A DNA stretch of 64,000 nt from Phoronis australis (lineage: Eukaryota; Animalia; Phoronida), in the NCBI GenBank assembly GCA_002633005.1, contig NMRA01000211.1, positions 60,816 through 124,815 on the forward strand, given 5' to 3'. Below the pieces are notes generated by a model. It was not told the origin of the DNA and did not search any database. It saw only the letters and a program-made list of their open reading frames with translations. Positions within the stretch are counted from its first letter, which is position 1. Each line of letters begins with the position of its first letter. Shown piece by piece: positions 13,338 to 28,411 of the stretch. Position numbers and translations under genes: made by a program.

Positions 13338-16300
13338 GTTCCACTGAATAAACCCGTTATTCAGTGGGGGTAACTGGTGGGATAACATCACTGAGCGATG
13401 TCGACAGAAACTAATTGCTAAAAACTTACCAAGTAACGTGATTATGTTGTCTCTCAATGGAAATGCACGGAGCACACACACGGGGCGTGAGGCTTCGGCA
13501 TCCACACACATTTTGTCACTTGGTTGACCCTTTTGACTGCAATTCTCCACGCCTGTAATAAACTTAGGTCTTTTGGGAATTTATGACCACCTGTCGAAGA
13601 TTTGCTCCCGTGAAAATAGCAATAATAAGGGTTAGCGCAACGACGTATTTTGATAACAATTCCTTCTTTTTACCAGCTGTTTACATGCAGACAGCGACGC
13701 ATGCGCAATTTAATCACCACTAGTGCAGCAGCGACACCGCATCGAATAGCTCCATTTTCCCGTTCTTGACGGATTGTTCCACTTTTTAATTTTTTCCGCC
13801 ATCTCGCCACACTATCTAAATATCCCGCTTTTTGACACACGGCCAAATTGACATATCATATACTAATGCAATTGTTCAGGGGCTGAGGGGGCTTTAGCCC
13901 CCACTTTTTTAGTGCTACGCCGACCATGTCAACTAAAAAGAAAAAGCGGGACGTTTCATGATTATTTGCGGCACCTGCAACTTCACGTTCAACTATATAA
14001 ACAACAATAACATCAAAAAGGGCTGTCGGGCATTTTTGGGTGTTACATCTCCCATTCGACAAAAGCACTGCCAGTACGTCTTTGTTTGCTGCAGCGAACA
14101 CTTCACCCGCTCTTTATCCTGAAACTCTGCTTTCCAGTCCAATTGTTCCGTCTTCTTATTCTTGAATGTTCAACGTGACAACTACGCAACATATGTTCAA
14201 AATAACAATGCCTCTTATTATGAATATTGTTATTTTCCAGATTCCATTTTCCTTAGTAACATAACAATCGTAAAATGTGTTCCAATGTCTTTTGTTTACG
14301 GTAACATACACTACATGTATCAGGATTACGAACTTTTACTTTCTGAAGATAAAATTTTCTTCTAAACGTTTATGGAAAGTCCTCCACTGCAACCAATGTA
14401 ATGAGGTCTCCCCACTACATTTCAAAGCTATGTGATTTTAACCATTTTTATCCATCAGAAAAACTTTATCTGCAAGTTTCTTATAAATACTTGAAGTAGT
14501 TTATCGAATTTTTCGTAAAATGTCACAAATGAATAGTTAAGCCATTAGGGATTTGTTTTAATGACCGTAAAGTCCATAGCAATTACACACACCGGAAAAA
14601 ACGAATGCAAATAATCACGCACACAAGGCGCAACCTCAGCGGCTGCGAGGTCGGAGTTGGCATTCCAGTTCTGTGAATACATACAGTATAGCGCATCTTC
14701 CGTCTTATTATAATTGCGCAGACCTCATTTTTAACAATACTAAATGAAAGCTATCCGAGGAGCGACACTTGGCGAAATTAACAGAAAAGACGACGATAGA
14801 GATGATGACGAAGATGACGAATATGACGACGATGGTGGCGATGATGAACAATTCAAGTAATAATAACATTCACAAGACGAACGCAGAGACCAAACATCAG
14901 TAAGTATAGGCTACAGTCTTGAGCGACACTTAGCGAAATTAACTGAAATACGACGACGGAGATGATGACGAAGATGACGAATATGATGATACGATGGTGA
15001 TGTTGCAGCAGAACATCATAACATTGATATGACGCATAAATCAGCAAGAAATATGCTACAGTCTTGTTCAATAGAAGCTAAACCAACATCAATGCAGTAA
15101 GAGCGCTCAACAAAGGAACAGCATTATCAGAAAATCTTAAATAACTAAAAAAGTAGACGTCCTAGCGAAAAATGGAACACATATTCTGAAAGCCTTTTCA
15201 AAAGTCTATCTAAATTTATGGTATCACGAAATTTCGTAAATTTTTCGAAAAAATTTTGCGTTTTTTTGAAATTCAGAGTCAAATAACTCGAAAACGGTAA
15301 GTCTAAGAAAAAAATATATTTCCGCCATCTTTGACCGCAAGTAATTTTTTTCGGCACATCTGTACCACTTGCCTTGTGTAACAACCGTGCCGATTTTTAA
15401 TTGCGGTCTCCATGACACTTTTAACCTGAAAATGTATACAAAATGGCCGCCATGTCGGCCATCTTGAATCTGATTATGACGATAAACAATAGGCTTCCAG
15501 GACATTTGGGTCCACAAATTGTGTGCAAATTTCATGAGAATCGGATGAAAAATGCGACCTGTATCGTGAGAACAAAAAAAACTTAGTGTCAGAGCAACAT
15601 ACTTGGAGGAATTCGAAGAATTCTGCCAAGTAACAATGTTAAAAGAGAACTATTATATCTACCAAATTCCCCAAACAGCGGTTTCTCACACTTAACTGTC
15701 AGCTGCAAAGTGATCGTGGCAAACAACCCTGACCCCTGGCTTTGGTTTCCATTTGTCGCGCCTGATTACATGCAACCACAACTTCGACAACTTTCCCTCC
15801 GTCGGCCACCTGTGACCACCTCTATTTGAACAATGCGGTAAGCATCACAAAGTTCTAGGCATATTTACCACTGACTTCAAAAATAAAAAGCAGATGGCAT
15901 TGGCGTTGATACCTTCGGGACACGATTGACAATGGCGCCGTCTGATGGCAGCAGTTTCCAGCACGGCCACTCATTTCAGTGATAAGCCTGTACCAGGAGC
16001 AGCTAAATGTTCTGGCTCTGCTCAACCGTTAACAAACTGCCCAAACTACAGTATGAAAACAACCGAGGACAAGCATGACTGCTGTTGCCACTTGGCCGGC
16101 TTCATGTGAGTCAAACTGTAGCGATGGGGCAGTATAATAAAGACAACCTAGGACAAGCATGAACGCTGACTGTTGCCATTAAGCCAGCTTCATGAGAGTC
16201 AAACCATATGCAAGAAGACAACGACGCAGATGCCACCCAGCCAGCGTCCCATCTACCAAAGAACACCATCGCCTTCCAGCCAGTTCCATGCTGATCGTAC

Positions 16301-18100
16301 CACGTACACACCGTCCAAATACAGCGAGGACAGAAGGCGAGATTCTCCGATCTTGCAAAGCTGTCCGGGGGCTTCGCCCTCATCTACTCTACTCCAATTA
16401 ACGCCAGACGTTCATAGTTTGATACCTCACTACACTGCGAGTATATTTAATGAAATTGCAATCTGAATGAATAGATAAAATTTGATATCACTTACAAAGT
16501 TGATATATTCGTGCGCAGACGACAATAATCTTTTCATACCTCCTTTACTGGAAAACTTCAAATTCGTTGATTGGACTTTAGAGTTCACTAGGTTTATGGT
16601 TTCGTACTCCCGTTTTATATTATCGCACCAATGACTTCCATAGCAACTAAAGATTAGTTCCCGGGTCTTACTACGTGTTCAAGGCACTTGGTACCAGTTA
16701 AGTGGTCGCTTTTTCTCGAGTATCCCTCGAGTAAGTCCAGCTTGAAGTAAAAGATTGCTTAATTTAAACTAGCCTTCTAGCCGAAAAATCTTTATTTATA
16801 CCGCTTACGGTTCTTCATTCAAATTTGAAGGGAATTACGACTTCGAAAGAACTGGCAGCTCCTTATTGGTTGACAAAAGGTTGTCACAGCATGTCATCTA
16901 AGTTCACGCAAAAAAAAATAAAAAAATAAAAAAACTGCCAGTTCTTTGCAAACGCAGAAATCATTTCCCATCTGTGTGAGAAATAAGTTGAGACTAATTT
17001 TGTAACGGTAGTGGTCTAAGTCAAAAGCTCGCTTCTTGGACGGGACGTGGGTTTTAAGCGTTATAATGGTCTGAGTCAATGTTTGGTGGTCACAGACCTT
17101 GAAATTTCAATACGTCAATGGAAATGTTAGGCACCAATAACGCGGGACGCACTCCAAAAATATCTATGACAGAATAACAAACCTATCTCTTCGTCGCATC
17201 GTTAATTACTGCTACACAAATAAACGACAATACATTAAATACAAATATTTAGACCAGAAAGCGAACTATTATATCCAGGCTTTTAAGCATAATATTAAGA
17301 AAATATACCAAAAGTAAAAAAAAACAAAAAAAGACAAGAACACAATCATACAATAATAGAACTCATAAACAGAGAATAATGATATACTATGATGTCAGAC
17401 GGCTTCGTGCTTACATTTTCAAAGTACATGTGATTGAAATAGTGTGATGTGCTGGCAATGTCAGGTATCCACTTTTGTAAAATCGATGACTGTGCGCACA
17501 GCTGGGACGTATTGTAAAGGCAGTTTCAGCGTCTGCAAAGCACTCACTTGGCGGTGCATGGCAACGGCTGCAAAAGCTGGAGTGGAGATTCAGGGAATTT
17601 GCTAAAGACTATGTCCTAGTAATGTCAATGTGCTATACCATTTTTGGTAATCACATGATAAGAAAAAATACCATGCCTCATGTGTGTTGATTTAGGGCGT
17701 CTTTAACTTTTACAGACGAGAGAGGTAAAAAGGTCGACTTCAAGGTTATCGACTCCGATCTTTAAAATTTGCGTGTTCATACACCTTGGTGAGATATATG
17801 CAAAATGGTTATTTCACATTTTGAGGCAATTATTTTTTAACTCACACCTAAAAGACCACGAATGTTTTGGCCCCAGATTGACATATTTGTCTCAGCTAGG
17901 TTTAATAAGTAATTGCTTTTTAAATGCATATAATGAGGAACTAGTCATCCACTATTCATTTCGTATAACTAATAAGGGACAATGTTTTGTTAATTTTACG
18001 ACTGACATTACTGAATCTTTAATACGTCAAGGTACCCGCACAAGCGGCATATGCTGGTGATCATGTTCACCCATTGCATTCGATTTCGCGTAAACGTGTA

Positions 18101-18141
18101 TGAGAGAAAGAGACAGAGAGAGAGATCAGAGAGAGAGAGAG
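18101..18141. repeat. (GA)n microsatellite just upstream of the B3GAT start
   Basis: Imperfect GA dinucleotide run. Confidence 0.8.
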
Positions 18142-18196
18142 TAAGGACTGAGACAGTCGCATGAGTGAGAATTGAATCGCTCGCCTACATTCGGTG

Positions 18197-21100
18197 ATGA
18201 AATTATACTTCTTCCGCCCTCTGTTCGGCAATGGCGTAATCCGAGGTGCAACAAGTCTGTTGATATTATTGTTGCTAATCATGATAGCAACCACTTACGG
18301 TGAGATCATCAAAGTTTTTCGCTTTCACGAAATGTCTTTGTGACACCGATATTCATAAATTTGGAACTTTTTGTTTGTAACAGTTTCAGGCTGCACGTTA
18401 CCCAAGTGCAATTAATCGTACATCGTTGTAATCAACTAGTTTCCGTAAGTTGTTACATTTTATATGTTGAACCACCACAAGTAGCGCAATTATGGTAAAA
18501 CAAACTTACAGTTTTACGTTGTATGCCGTGAAACGTATCGTTAGAACAAACCTAAGATTTGATGAGCATGCATCTCTGTTTTAGTGATATGTTGTAATAT
18601 AACGCAAAGCAAATAATATGTTCGTATTACACCCACTTCAAATGTACTTTACCAATTTCCCCTAAAATATCTTCGCCTGAAGGAAAATCAGAGTGTTTCA
18701 TACGTTTTAAACTTCAGCTCAAACACCGTATCTGTACATCGTGATCGTGACGTAACATGTATACATTGTATCCTCTTCATCATCATTATCATCACCACCA
18801 CAACCACGACGACGAAGACGATAATGAAGATTGATAATGACGTCATCATCATCACCGCCGCCATCATCCTGATCATGACGATCGTCGTCGTCACTGTCAT
18901 CAACAGCATCAACAACCCCATTACCATTGTTTATCTCCGTCTATCATAACTTGACGATCAACTGAGTTGTCTGTTAAAACTATGATAGCTCTCTTTTTCC
19001 ACCTCACGATATTATAATGTTCGCAAGATTATACAACATTGTGGGATGAGTTTAAAGACATTAAGTATTTCAGTTAAGTTCACAGCAGTTTTGCCGACAA
19101 TTTACTGCGTCACTCCCACATTCGCCAGACCCGTCCAAAAAGCCGAGATGACAAGACTACGCCAGGCATTCAAAAACATCCCCAACTTCCACTGGATTGT
19201 GGTTGAAGACTCGAAGACCAAGTCTCGCTTAATGGACAGGTTTTTAAGGCAATCTGGAATTCCGTTTACTCATTTGCATATTGCAACGCCGTCAGCTCAT
19301 AAAGTCATAAACAAAGAGCGGCCCTGGAACTCCGTTCATAGGGGAACTTTACAGAGAAACATTGCACTGAAGTGGATAAGAGACAACATAAAAACCAACA
19401 TTCCAGCAGTGGTGTACTTCGCTGACGACGACAATACATACGACGAGAGACTATTCGACCAGGTAAGACAATCTATCGGCGTCATTTCAGGTCAGAAAAT
19501 TTTAACGCGAACAGCGACTCAACGACTGATCTGTATCGCATAACCGTGCTGTGATGCAGTACGACTTTGAAACATAAAACGTAAGACGTACTAAATACCA
19601 TTCAACTCTGAAGACGCATCCATACACGTACATCGTGCATATATGTGTCACCTGAAAGCTCAGAATAGTCGTAAAATTGTTCTACCAGGGCCGCTTTGAC
19701 AATATCATGGGCCACCGGGGAAAGCAGCTCATTGGGCTCCTTTTACATCAACCAGTGGTTTATAGCAATGAAAAACGTCAATTGTGTAACAACAAATAAA
19801 ATCATGTACTTCTTGATAGGCCTACCGGTACGCCAAAACCAGTGCACGTCAGCAATTAACGAACATGAACAGTATTTTAATACAATTCGTATTTTTAAGA
19901 AGCACTTCACTAAATAGAATTAGTGAAGTGCTTCTTAAAATACGAGTTAAGCAAGAAAATAACAATCAAAAGATAGGATCACGCCAAGTAGAAGATGCAC
20001 CCCTTGCACTTAAAAAAACTGCATCATAAGGCGTTTTTTTTCCACCAGCGGATTTTTGGTTCACCCAAAAGTGCTACATGGCGCCTTCAAAAAGCGTCTT
20101 AGCACACCCTATTCCCAAAAGGTTTTGCCAGAGAGAGCCTGGGGGACCTCGCCCCCCCCCCCTTCCGTACCTTCACTTCAAGCAAACCTAAGCCGGGAAA
20201 GGCATATGTGGGAAAAGCATTTCACATTCATATTTAGCGCTACAAAATTGTCAGAGCACTCAATGTTTCCGTACGATACATGGAGAGGTAGGAGCTTTTG
20301 AAGCCATTTTGGTCGACAGAACTTATAAAATACAACTAGCGATACAAGTTTTCAGTTTTAAACATGACGACAAAGTTGGGTGAAATCTTGTGAGTGCAAG
20401 GCGCAGGGACTCGTTTTGTGCGGTCACGCCTCCTGTGAGTATTGTTTTAGCTTACTTGTTAGCCCGTTAGTAAATCCGGTGTGGTAGTTGAGAATGTTCC
20501 CCCGTAGAGCCTGTCCTACCTTCAGGAATTAGAATGCTATCATACGTGAGATAATATTCGGTGAATAACCAGAATGCTTCATTCATGCAAGCAGGACATT
20601 GTTTACTTTGACACTGGCACTGAGCCCGTAACTTTGACTTTTATAATGACATGGATCGGCTTGAGGTGCCTGTATAGTCGTGGGGCTCCCGGGCAAGTGC
20701 CCTGTGGTCCCTGTGGTAAAGACAATATTGCGTTCAACGTTTAACGCACAACAGTCGTGCTTGTTGAATGACGGTGAATCATTCGTAGGACAGTTTTATG
20801 TACAATGTAAGACAAAAGTAGACGTCTGGTGCCGGATTTACATTTTTATAATTGGACATTCAATTCTTAAAATGTTTGCAACGTGCATCGTCTGTACACA
20901 CTTAAAATGGGCACTTTAACTTATAGCCATCAATTGCCACTTATTTCCTGTTTTGTCGACGGTGTATGTTTTTATTTTAAGAGACCGGCTCTTGGGAGAA
21001 TGGTGGAATGATGAAATTGTTATACTTTTCCTAATTTCAAATCACATATTGTTACGTCACTACGAGACCCTACTCTCGGGAGACACCCCTCTCGGAGAGG

Positions 21101-24100
21101 CGTTCTTTTATACCCCCGCGATCCATAAAGCATGACTTAATTGGCTCGCAGATGAGACTTTCATCGTCGTACATCTGTTGTGCGACAGGTGTAACGCAAT
21201 ACGCAACGGTTATATAACACATATCTGTAGTGTTATTAATTCGGCTTCGTGGTCCTTAAGTCAGAATTCTGCCTATTCTCACCACTTCATCACCCTGCTC
21301 ATGCATTACCAGCTTTGTATTCCCCTTGCTAATATAAGCGTGCGAACCTTTGTTGTTTGGCAACAAACCTGTCAGTGAAGACAGCCACAAGAAACTTAGG
21401 TACCCAAGCTTCAATAAACTGTAGCGAGAAAGGTTCACTTTCATACACGAGAACGTTACGCTGTTACGCGTTCAGGGTATGATTTTGACATTGAGCCCGG
21501 TAGATTTTAAAAAATTCAATTTAAGATGGTTAAACATTGTAGTGACAAAACCATTCTTAATAAGGTAAAAAAGTAACACAAATCCCTACTGCGGGCAGCG
21601 AATTCCGGAGAAACAAAGGTTCTGAGAAGCAACATCACTTCGTAATGAATAGATGGAACATTGTGTTAGAACATTAGTCATATTTCCTGGAGTAAAATGA
21701 TACCTAAGGTCACTTAATTAGGGATATGCATTAAAGAGGTAAAATATAAAAGGGCATGGTTTTACGGTCTCTAGTATATTACCTAAGGGTTTATTTCAAA
21801 GTCCTATGTCGAAAATGGATAGCCGAATTTTCCGAGACTGCCCTCCAGGGGCGGGAAAATGATGTTGAACTGACCAAATTTCATCAACCTACGTCAAAAT
21901 TCCCTGAGATACCAATTTCTTGGGGTGTTATTTCCGATTGACAAAAACCACCTAATGCATTTCGCTTCTTGTGGTAGTATGACAAAGATTTTCTCAAAGT
22001 TCAGTGGTCTGGTGGCACGACTATGCACGACTGGTTGTGCAACGGCTCAACCGCATTGCGAGCAGCTACGACCTAAAATTATTAAAATCGGTAGAATAGG
22101 ATTTTGGAGATTCAAAAACCACCTTAGTTGACCAACTGCAATCCCCGCAACCAGTCATACGTATTTGTACGATTAACCAGCGACTCATTAAATATTCCAG
22201 TCGCAAGTTTGTTGCAACCTTGTGGTATCTTTAGTGTGACTAGGGTTTAACTGACCAAGAACGCACAGGGGACCTGCTTTGTAAAATATTGGCGTTTTAT
22301 ACAGTTTACATACAATCAAAATTTAGGAGTACTGTGCCAGGTTGCATGAAACAGTCCCAAATTGGGATTCAACTAAGTTCTGGCTTTGATACAAATCGAA
22401 GGTGAACTCAACATTGAATTCACAATATTTTCTAAACTATTTAGGGATGTTTTCATGCAACACTCCTAACTTAAGGACTAAATCCCTATTTATTTTCATA
22501 GAATCATATTATTATACAAGAGCAACGCGGAGCGTTGAAATGCGCCCACGAATGCATTGCAAACGACATGCTTCTATGTTGTTTATTTTGATTTTAAAAT
22601 AGCCTCTGGATGGTCAAAATATGTGGGCGCATAAAAATTGTCATAAGTCGATGAGGAGGTCATAATAAAGATGAAATGGTAGAAAAAGATTACATTTGTG
22701 AGTTAACAAAGACACGGATAGGCAAAAGATTTAGGAACTTAGTTGAGTCCCTATTTGGGACTATTTCATGCAACCCGGCACTGGAACATTAAACCACTTC
22801 AACCTTTCTAAATCAATACGAAGCACAAGTTATGACCTCAGATTGACTAGCTTGAGACATGGTAACCTGGGAAGAGTATTCGGGCATGTACTGTGCTGCC
22901 TTCTTCCGGCGTAATAGGCGTCGAAGGTGTACTCAATCAGGTAGGCTTTCTTACGTCTGTGGATTTAAGCTAACTGTTTTCAGGAACTAACAACTAAAGC
23001 AAAGCTGCTACGCATAACTAGTTAAATCCAAATCGAAAATTCAACTTGTAGATCAGACTATATCAAGTACATATTAAAGATTACAGTGTAATATGAGGGT
23101 TATTTGAGCCTGCGTACACCGGAATAAGGCGCATGGGCCTGTATATGTGAAGTACTTTCAGCAAGGAACAAAGTTTGTAAATAACGTGTAAGTGGAGCTT
23201 GACTTACTCCTAATAAAACCGTAGATGTTGACGTGTTCTCAGTCTAACACCAAGTGAAAGTACTAATCAAGGATAAAAGTCACATAAAAACAAATGACTC
23301 AACTTGAGATACCCACATATAGAAGAGATGACCGCCTGTGCATGTAGGTGAGGTTTATACATCTGCGTCACACTTAACTGAATTTAAACTAACTTGTTAT
23401 TTCGAATAGCACTTATTATACGGTTTCAGAATGTTTTTGTAGATGCGTTATACAAAAGGGGTGTCTGTCTGGCCGGCCGGCTTTACTGGAGGCCTGATGT
23501 ATCAAAGCCCACTATGCGACAAAAACAAGGTAGGCATTTTATTTTCTTTTTCAGTCACTGTCTCGCACATTGCTACGTAAAATTCTTAATGCGTCAGGCA
23601 ATATTCAAGCAGCTTAGACTACCTCCTACAAATAGGCCGCCAATGGACGAAGAGCCCTAGCCGTTGGCGACGACAGACCGTTTGAAATCGGTAGGCAATT
23701 TTCAGAAAATCGGGGGTCGGCGACCAGCGTAACTGAAGTCAGTCCTGGAGAGCGTCCCCTAGACCTAGCTTCTTGCGAGAAAAGCAAAAACTCGTAAGAC
23801 CTCGCAAATTCACGCCAGTGAAAGGCGAATGGTTAGCGGATATGCTTGGGAGCTTATTACCCTACTCTAGCAAAATGACAACCACTAAAGTGAGTGATCA
23901 GTGAGGTTGCAGTGTTGAATAATGGGATTGCAATAGTGTTTCCATTCCATAAATAAGGATTTTACGCCGCGACTGCAAGTTAATGTCTCACGGTCCGTCG
24001 GTCTGCAGAACTCAATCCTGGTGCCCACTCTGTACGTAGACACGATACAATCTTCGAAACACAAGAGCAGACAAATCTTTGCAAGATAACGCCATGAATT

Positions 24101-25116
24101 TAGAGGTAAATCACTGGGTCACATTAGCTTTACTCGTGAGGTCCCTGTGACTATGGAACTCGGCCCTTGATATCGTTCTGTAGAACTGGTCAGATCATGC
24201 AAGTTAAAAGGGAATGTTTTACGAGTATTCTCGTGAACTTACTAGCCCATCAAAGCAAACTGGCGGCCACTGATGTGATTGGCCAGCGAGGATTAAGTGT
24301 TTCCGCTCCATCAGTGAAGACGTTCACCGCGGGTGCAAGCTGTGCTCTACAGATCCCTACAATGATTTACCGGTACGAAATAAGTAAGGTGAGGAATTTT
24401 TAATCTTATTTTATCTTCAGGTGGTTGGCTGGTTTGCGCGCTGGGGACTAGACCGGAAATTTAAAGCTGACATGTGCGCATTTGCTATCAACGTGAGACT
24501 GCTCTTTGAGAACCCAAATGCTGAGTTCAATTTAGGATCACGAAAAGGTTACCAAGAAACAGATTTTCTCAGTCAAATAATCACGGTGGAAGACTTAGAA
24601 CCCGTGTCGTGTTCTGAGGTTTGTATAAATGTGAAAGAATAGAAACTTCCTCTTTACCCAGAAACTCATATTATAATCCAGGTTACTCAATCACACAAGG
24701 TAAGTTTTAAACATTTCCATAACGTGATCTACTGATTCCCAACTCCAAACAAACCGTTAATGATAATGAAAAGCAATAAATAGTGGAATCCCCATAAGTT
24801 TTAGTATTTGACCGCTTTACATCAATCACGTGTGTCACAGTCTATAGGAGAAATCAACTGCTATAATTACGAAGGCAATTTTGAGATCAGTTTATTTGAA
24901 GACCTCCGGGGACAAAATGTTTCCTTTAAACGTTTCAAAAATGCAAAATTTATCGCCATTACTATTCTAAGCATTAACACTTGTCACTCAAGCAAGTTTC
25001 ATTCTTCCCAACAGATTCTCGTTTGGCACACACGAACTAATGAACCTAATTTGGAGCAAGAAGATGCTTACCGACTGGAGAATTCGATATATCGAAACCG
25101 TCAAATTGAAGTGTGA
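18197..25116 (+). CDS. B3GAT: Galactosylgalactosylxylosylprotein 3-beta-glucuronosyltransferase (GT43, GlcAT-I/P/S family), 292 aa, 5 exons
   Basis: Exons 18197-18299 (MKLYFF...LLILLLLIMIATTY signal anchor), 19074-19462 (LPTIYCVTPTFARPVQKAEMTRL, HWIVVED, QRNIALKWI, VYFADDDNTYD), 23443-23529 (VSVWPAG), 24421-24618 (RKFKADMCAFA, GYQETDFL), 25015-25116 (ILVWHTRT). All GT-AG, phases compatible, 879 nt total. The exon-2 acceptor could instead be 19089; the paralogue cannot be assigned. Confidence 0.92.
22335..22780. mobile_element. MITE, PIF/Harbinger-like, in B3GAT intron 2
   Basis: ~45-bp imperfect TIR (TGCCAGGTTGCATGAAACAGTCCCAAAT / ATTTGGGACTATTTCATGCAACCCGGCA) with 3-bp CTG duplication. Confidence 0.75.
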
Positions 25117-25535
25117 GGGAGAAACGGGAAAATGCAGACCATCTCAGAGCATAATCTCCGTACTAAGACTCTGAACTAAATCAGTCGGGTGACTTTGACT
25201 AAAATACAAGTTAGCAGGTTTACTCGAAGTGTGCCATGCAAGTCATCACTTTTAAATCGCCTAATCTTGTCTTTGTTTGCAATGTTCATAGTCTAACATT
25301 ATAACCTTCATGCTTTGAGAGAAACAATAATTCATTCACTATATTGTTTGTGCAGATCTCTTATCGATACTACAATCCGTCGCTGATAAAATCCTCATTG
25401 ATATTTTGCTCAATTGCGTCATATCATTTCATTACCAGTCCGAGTTTAGTCTTCATTAAACTAACGTTGGGTTAATAAATGCGGTGAGGTTATGCGTACA
25501 AAGATTAGTGAATTAATGAAAACAACGAAATTTTT

Positions 25536-25582
25536 CAACTTCGACGTGTTTCGATATCACAAACATCGTCATCAGGACAAGC
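25536..25582 (-). ncRNA. Minimal hammerhead-ribozyme-like core (probably degenerate)
   Basis: Minus strand: CUGAUGA-cgau...aucg-AAAcacGUC, i.e. both core boxes plus stem II. Stem I is weak. Adjacent to a Penelope remnant. Confidence 0.5.
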
Positions 25583-25639
25583 AGTCAAGACCATCTGACG
25601 ATCTCGACCCACACGACGTACAGTAGGGCTATCAGCACG

Positions 25640-25850
25640 TTGTTTGTGATGGTTGTGGTTCCAGCTATATTGGTGAAACTACTCGTATCTTAAAACCCAG
25701 GCTAATGAACGCTTAGGCTATGACAATAGTTCTTACATTGATGACCATTTGAAAAGCTCCAGCCACTGCAATGCTGAATGCACATTCAGTCATTACTTAT
25801 AAGTATTCTGGATCAGGCTGAACCTAGGACCAATATCAACATTCAGTGTG
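25640..25850 (+). mobile_element. Penelope-like element remnant (GIY-YIG endonuclease fragment)
   Basis: Translates CDGCGSSYIGETTRILKPRL, the typical CxxC-YIGET-R-L-R motif; downstream degenerate. Confidence 0.7.
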
Positions 25851-26799
25851 TGGATACTCTTTCTTAATGTCTGTGCATGTTAGATACACGCACAGTGAGG
25901 TCATGTCCTCCATCTTGTGTTTTGGTGCCTTTGTGGTGATACTCTTAATATGTAACCAGCAATGTAACACAGTACAAGATTGTAATCTTCAGTCAATTCA
26001 TCAGTGTTTGTCTTGCTCTTTTCTTGTGTGTGTTTTCTTCAATGACGTCCTCCAATAACTGGAACTGGAACACTTGGGTAAATTGTTTTGCAAAGCTTTG
26101 TAAAGATGTTTTTTTTTCAAAATGTTCCCCTTTGTATGAGAAACTATCAAAATTATGTTTTTCGTTTGTTTAATGAAAAAATTAAATGTCGGATAAAACA
26201 AAAAAGAAACGATAATTTAGAAAATTGTAACACTTACATAATTTTTGAGACTTTATTTTGAACATTTGAATCAACTAGAATTTAGCCATTGTAATGATAC
26301 CGTTGTTGAGCTGTGAAAAATTCATGGTTACGTGTTCCAAGTAATGGCAGAGTGATATTAAGTCTAAATTAAATTCTACAGATTTTCTACTTACATCGAA
26401 AATATACTTTCACGAACTTAAATTTTACAGTTTCTAGATATTTGGCTAAACATAAAGACTAGTGGATGAAAAACAATTGCAGGCGATCTGATGCACGTTG
26501 CACCAGACGTGCTCAGGCCTCGCATGGAACTATTTTTTTGCTTTATTAATATATGGTTAAAACCGAGCTGAGGAGCATTATCAACCAGGCCACACTGCCT
26601 CCTCCTGGTAGATAAAGTTTGACATACCTTTAACTTACTTGTGCCTGCGCGGAAAGCCGACTCTAATTCATGATCATTCGCAATCAGTCATGACGTCTGC
26701 GCAACGCAGTCGCGCTTTGCTCGCACTCACAACTTCTGACTCGTAAAGTTGCCACGATTTTGAATAGGTAGAATATATTTTCGCTGAAAAGATCGGTTT

Positions 26800-27538
26800 C
26801 CCCCACCACTGAAACTATTGCCGACAAAGCAATGATCAGGTTAGATGTGGTTCTTCGTTAGATGGTAGCTGTCTTCACGACTAAGATATTTTACTTTTGT
26901 TATAACCTCATTAATTTTGTTGTCCGCTCACCGAAATCGTCAAATTCAACTACATGTATGGCTGGCTGTAACAGTTACGGATGAGTTCCCGGTTCTGTAT
27001 CGTCCATTTTCTGCTTGACTTTCGTGACAACGGCACTAGAAGTAGTACATGATTGCTCAGAACTGTTTGAAACAGCCTCAATATCTTGAAACTTGACTTT
27101 TCCCTTCTTAAAAAACGAATCGATAGGTTTATATTTTTTGCTGTTCTTTGCATTCACTTTCTCAACGCTCAGAGCGTCCCATCTCTAGCTAGCTAGCTGC
27201 TGTTTATTGGACTACTTTCGCTACTGGGTACATACAACGCGCGTGCCCAGGTTCATATAACACGCGTGCCCATGAAAGTGAACCCCTCCCATCGCCTTCT
27301 TCGTAATTTGAACTCACCACAGCGTACTGTGGACAGGTGGTTACATTTAATTAGCCGATACTAGAGTGGTCGTGTTCATTAAAAACGTATGCTATGAGCT
27401 TTTTAATTCAAATTTGAAGACTTATAGTTCGTATGTCGTAGGGCGCTCACTTTCTCAACATTCAGAACCACCCAGTTATAGCTACCAGCTGTTTATCGGG
27501 CTGCCCCCAGAAATGAGCCCCCCCAGTGCACGCGCCTT
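26800..27538 (-). mobile_element. Degenerate hAT-like transposon 5' part
   Basis: Terminus-like AGGCGCGTGCACTGGGGGGG on minus; peptides KPIDSFFKK and LSREDSYHLTKNHI*PD resemble hAT (ZMYM1/THAP12-like) N-termini; many stops. Confidence 0.35.
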
Positions 27539-28411
27539 CTTTGTAAGCTGAGCAGAACACAAAACTGTCGGCAATACTAAAATCGTGGGTTTTCCGAGTT
27601 TGCTATTACATAACAACCTATCTCGAGTACAGGTAATATGACTTAAAGTTCGGCTCGCTGAGGCGGACCCAAAATCCCGATGGAGAGATTGCGTTCGCAC
27701 TCCTCGCACACTCTGGTCACGGGCATGACTGTTCGCAAACCACTGCATTATTGCTGCACCACCATCATGTTGCCGGAATCGAATGGCCTCTTAAGCCCCC
27801 TTTTGTCATCCGGATACTCTCGTAATTCACGTTTATTTTTACATAACTCTAAAAGATAAACCACTCGATGAATGCAAAACTCCGTCACGCCAACGTTGGT
27901 TTTTAAACCCCAAAAATGTAATATCACATTTTGGGGTCAGAAAATACACACATTGAACTCGGTGGAAATCAATATTTTTGAAAATTCATTCAAGTAGACT
28001 TCGACATTTATTTGTCCAGATGGCAGTACTTACGCCTACCCACACATGTATATCACAGAATACTAAAAGTTCACTTTCGTAGTCAGTAAATGATTTACAG
28101 GATTGGAACAACTATATCCTTAGAAGATACAAAACCGCACAAATTAAAAAAAAATTGTTGTTGCATAATCTCTCGGCCCCTCATGTTTCCTCGAAGCTGG
28201 TCGCAGAAGTTGCGAATCAATCAAAGCCACACCCAAAATGAATGATCTTAATGAAGAAATTTCCGAAATACACGACTTCGTATTCCATCAAGCTTTGTGT
28301 GATAACCACGGAACTTCCAGCTTGGGTCTTTCTGGTTGCCACTCCGTATCCAGCAGCATACATATATTGGAATATGTCCACATCTCACTCAAAACAAAGT
28401 CAGCGTGAAGA

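Noticed and set aside
1-17800. Many 60-150-aa ORFs in the ORF track
   Set aside because: No recognisable domains or splice-consistent models apart from the LINE; they overlap repeats or low-complexity DNA.
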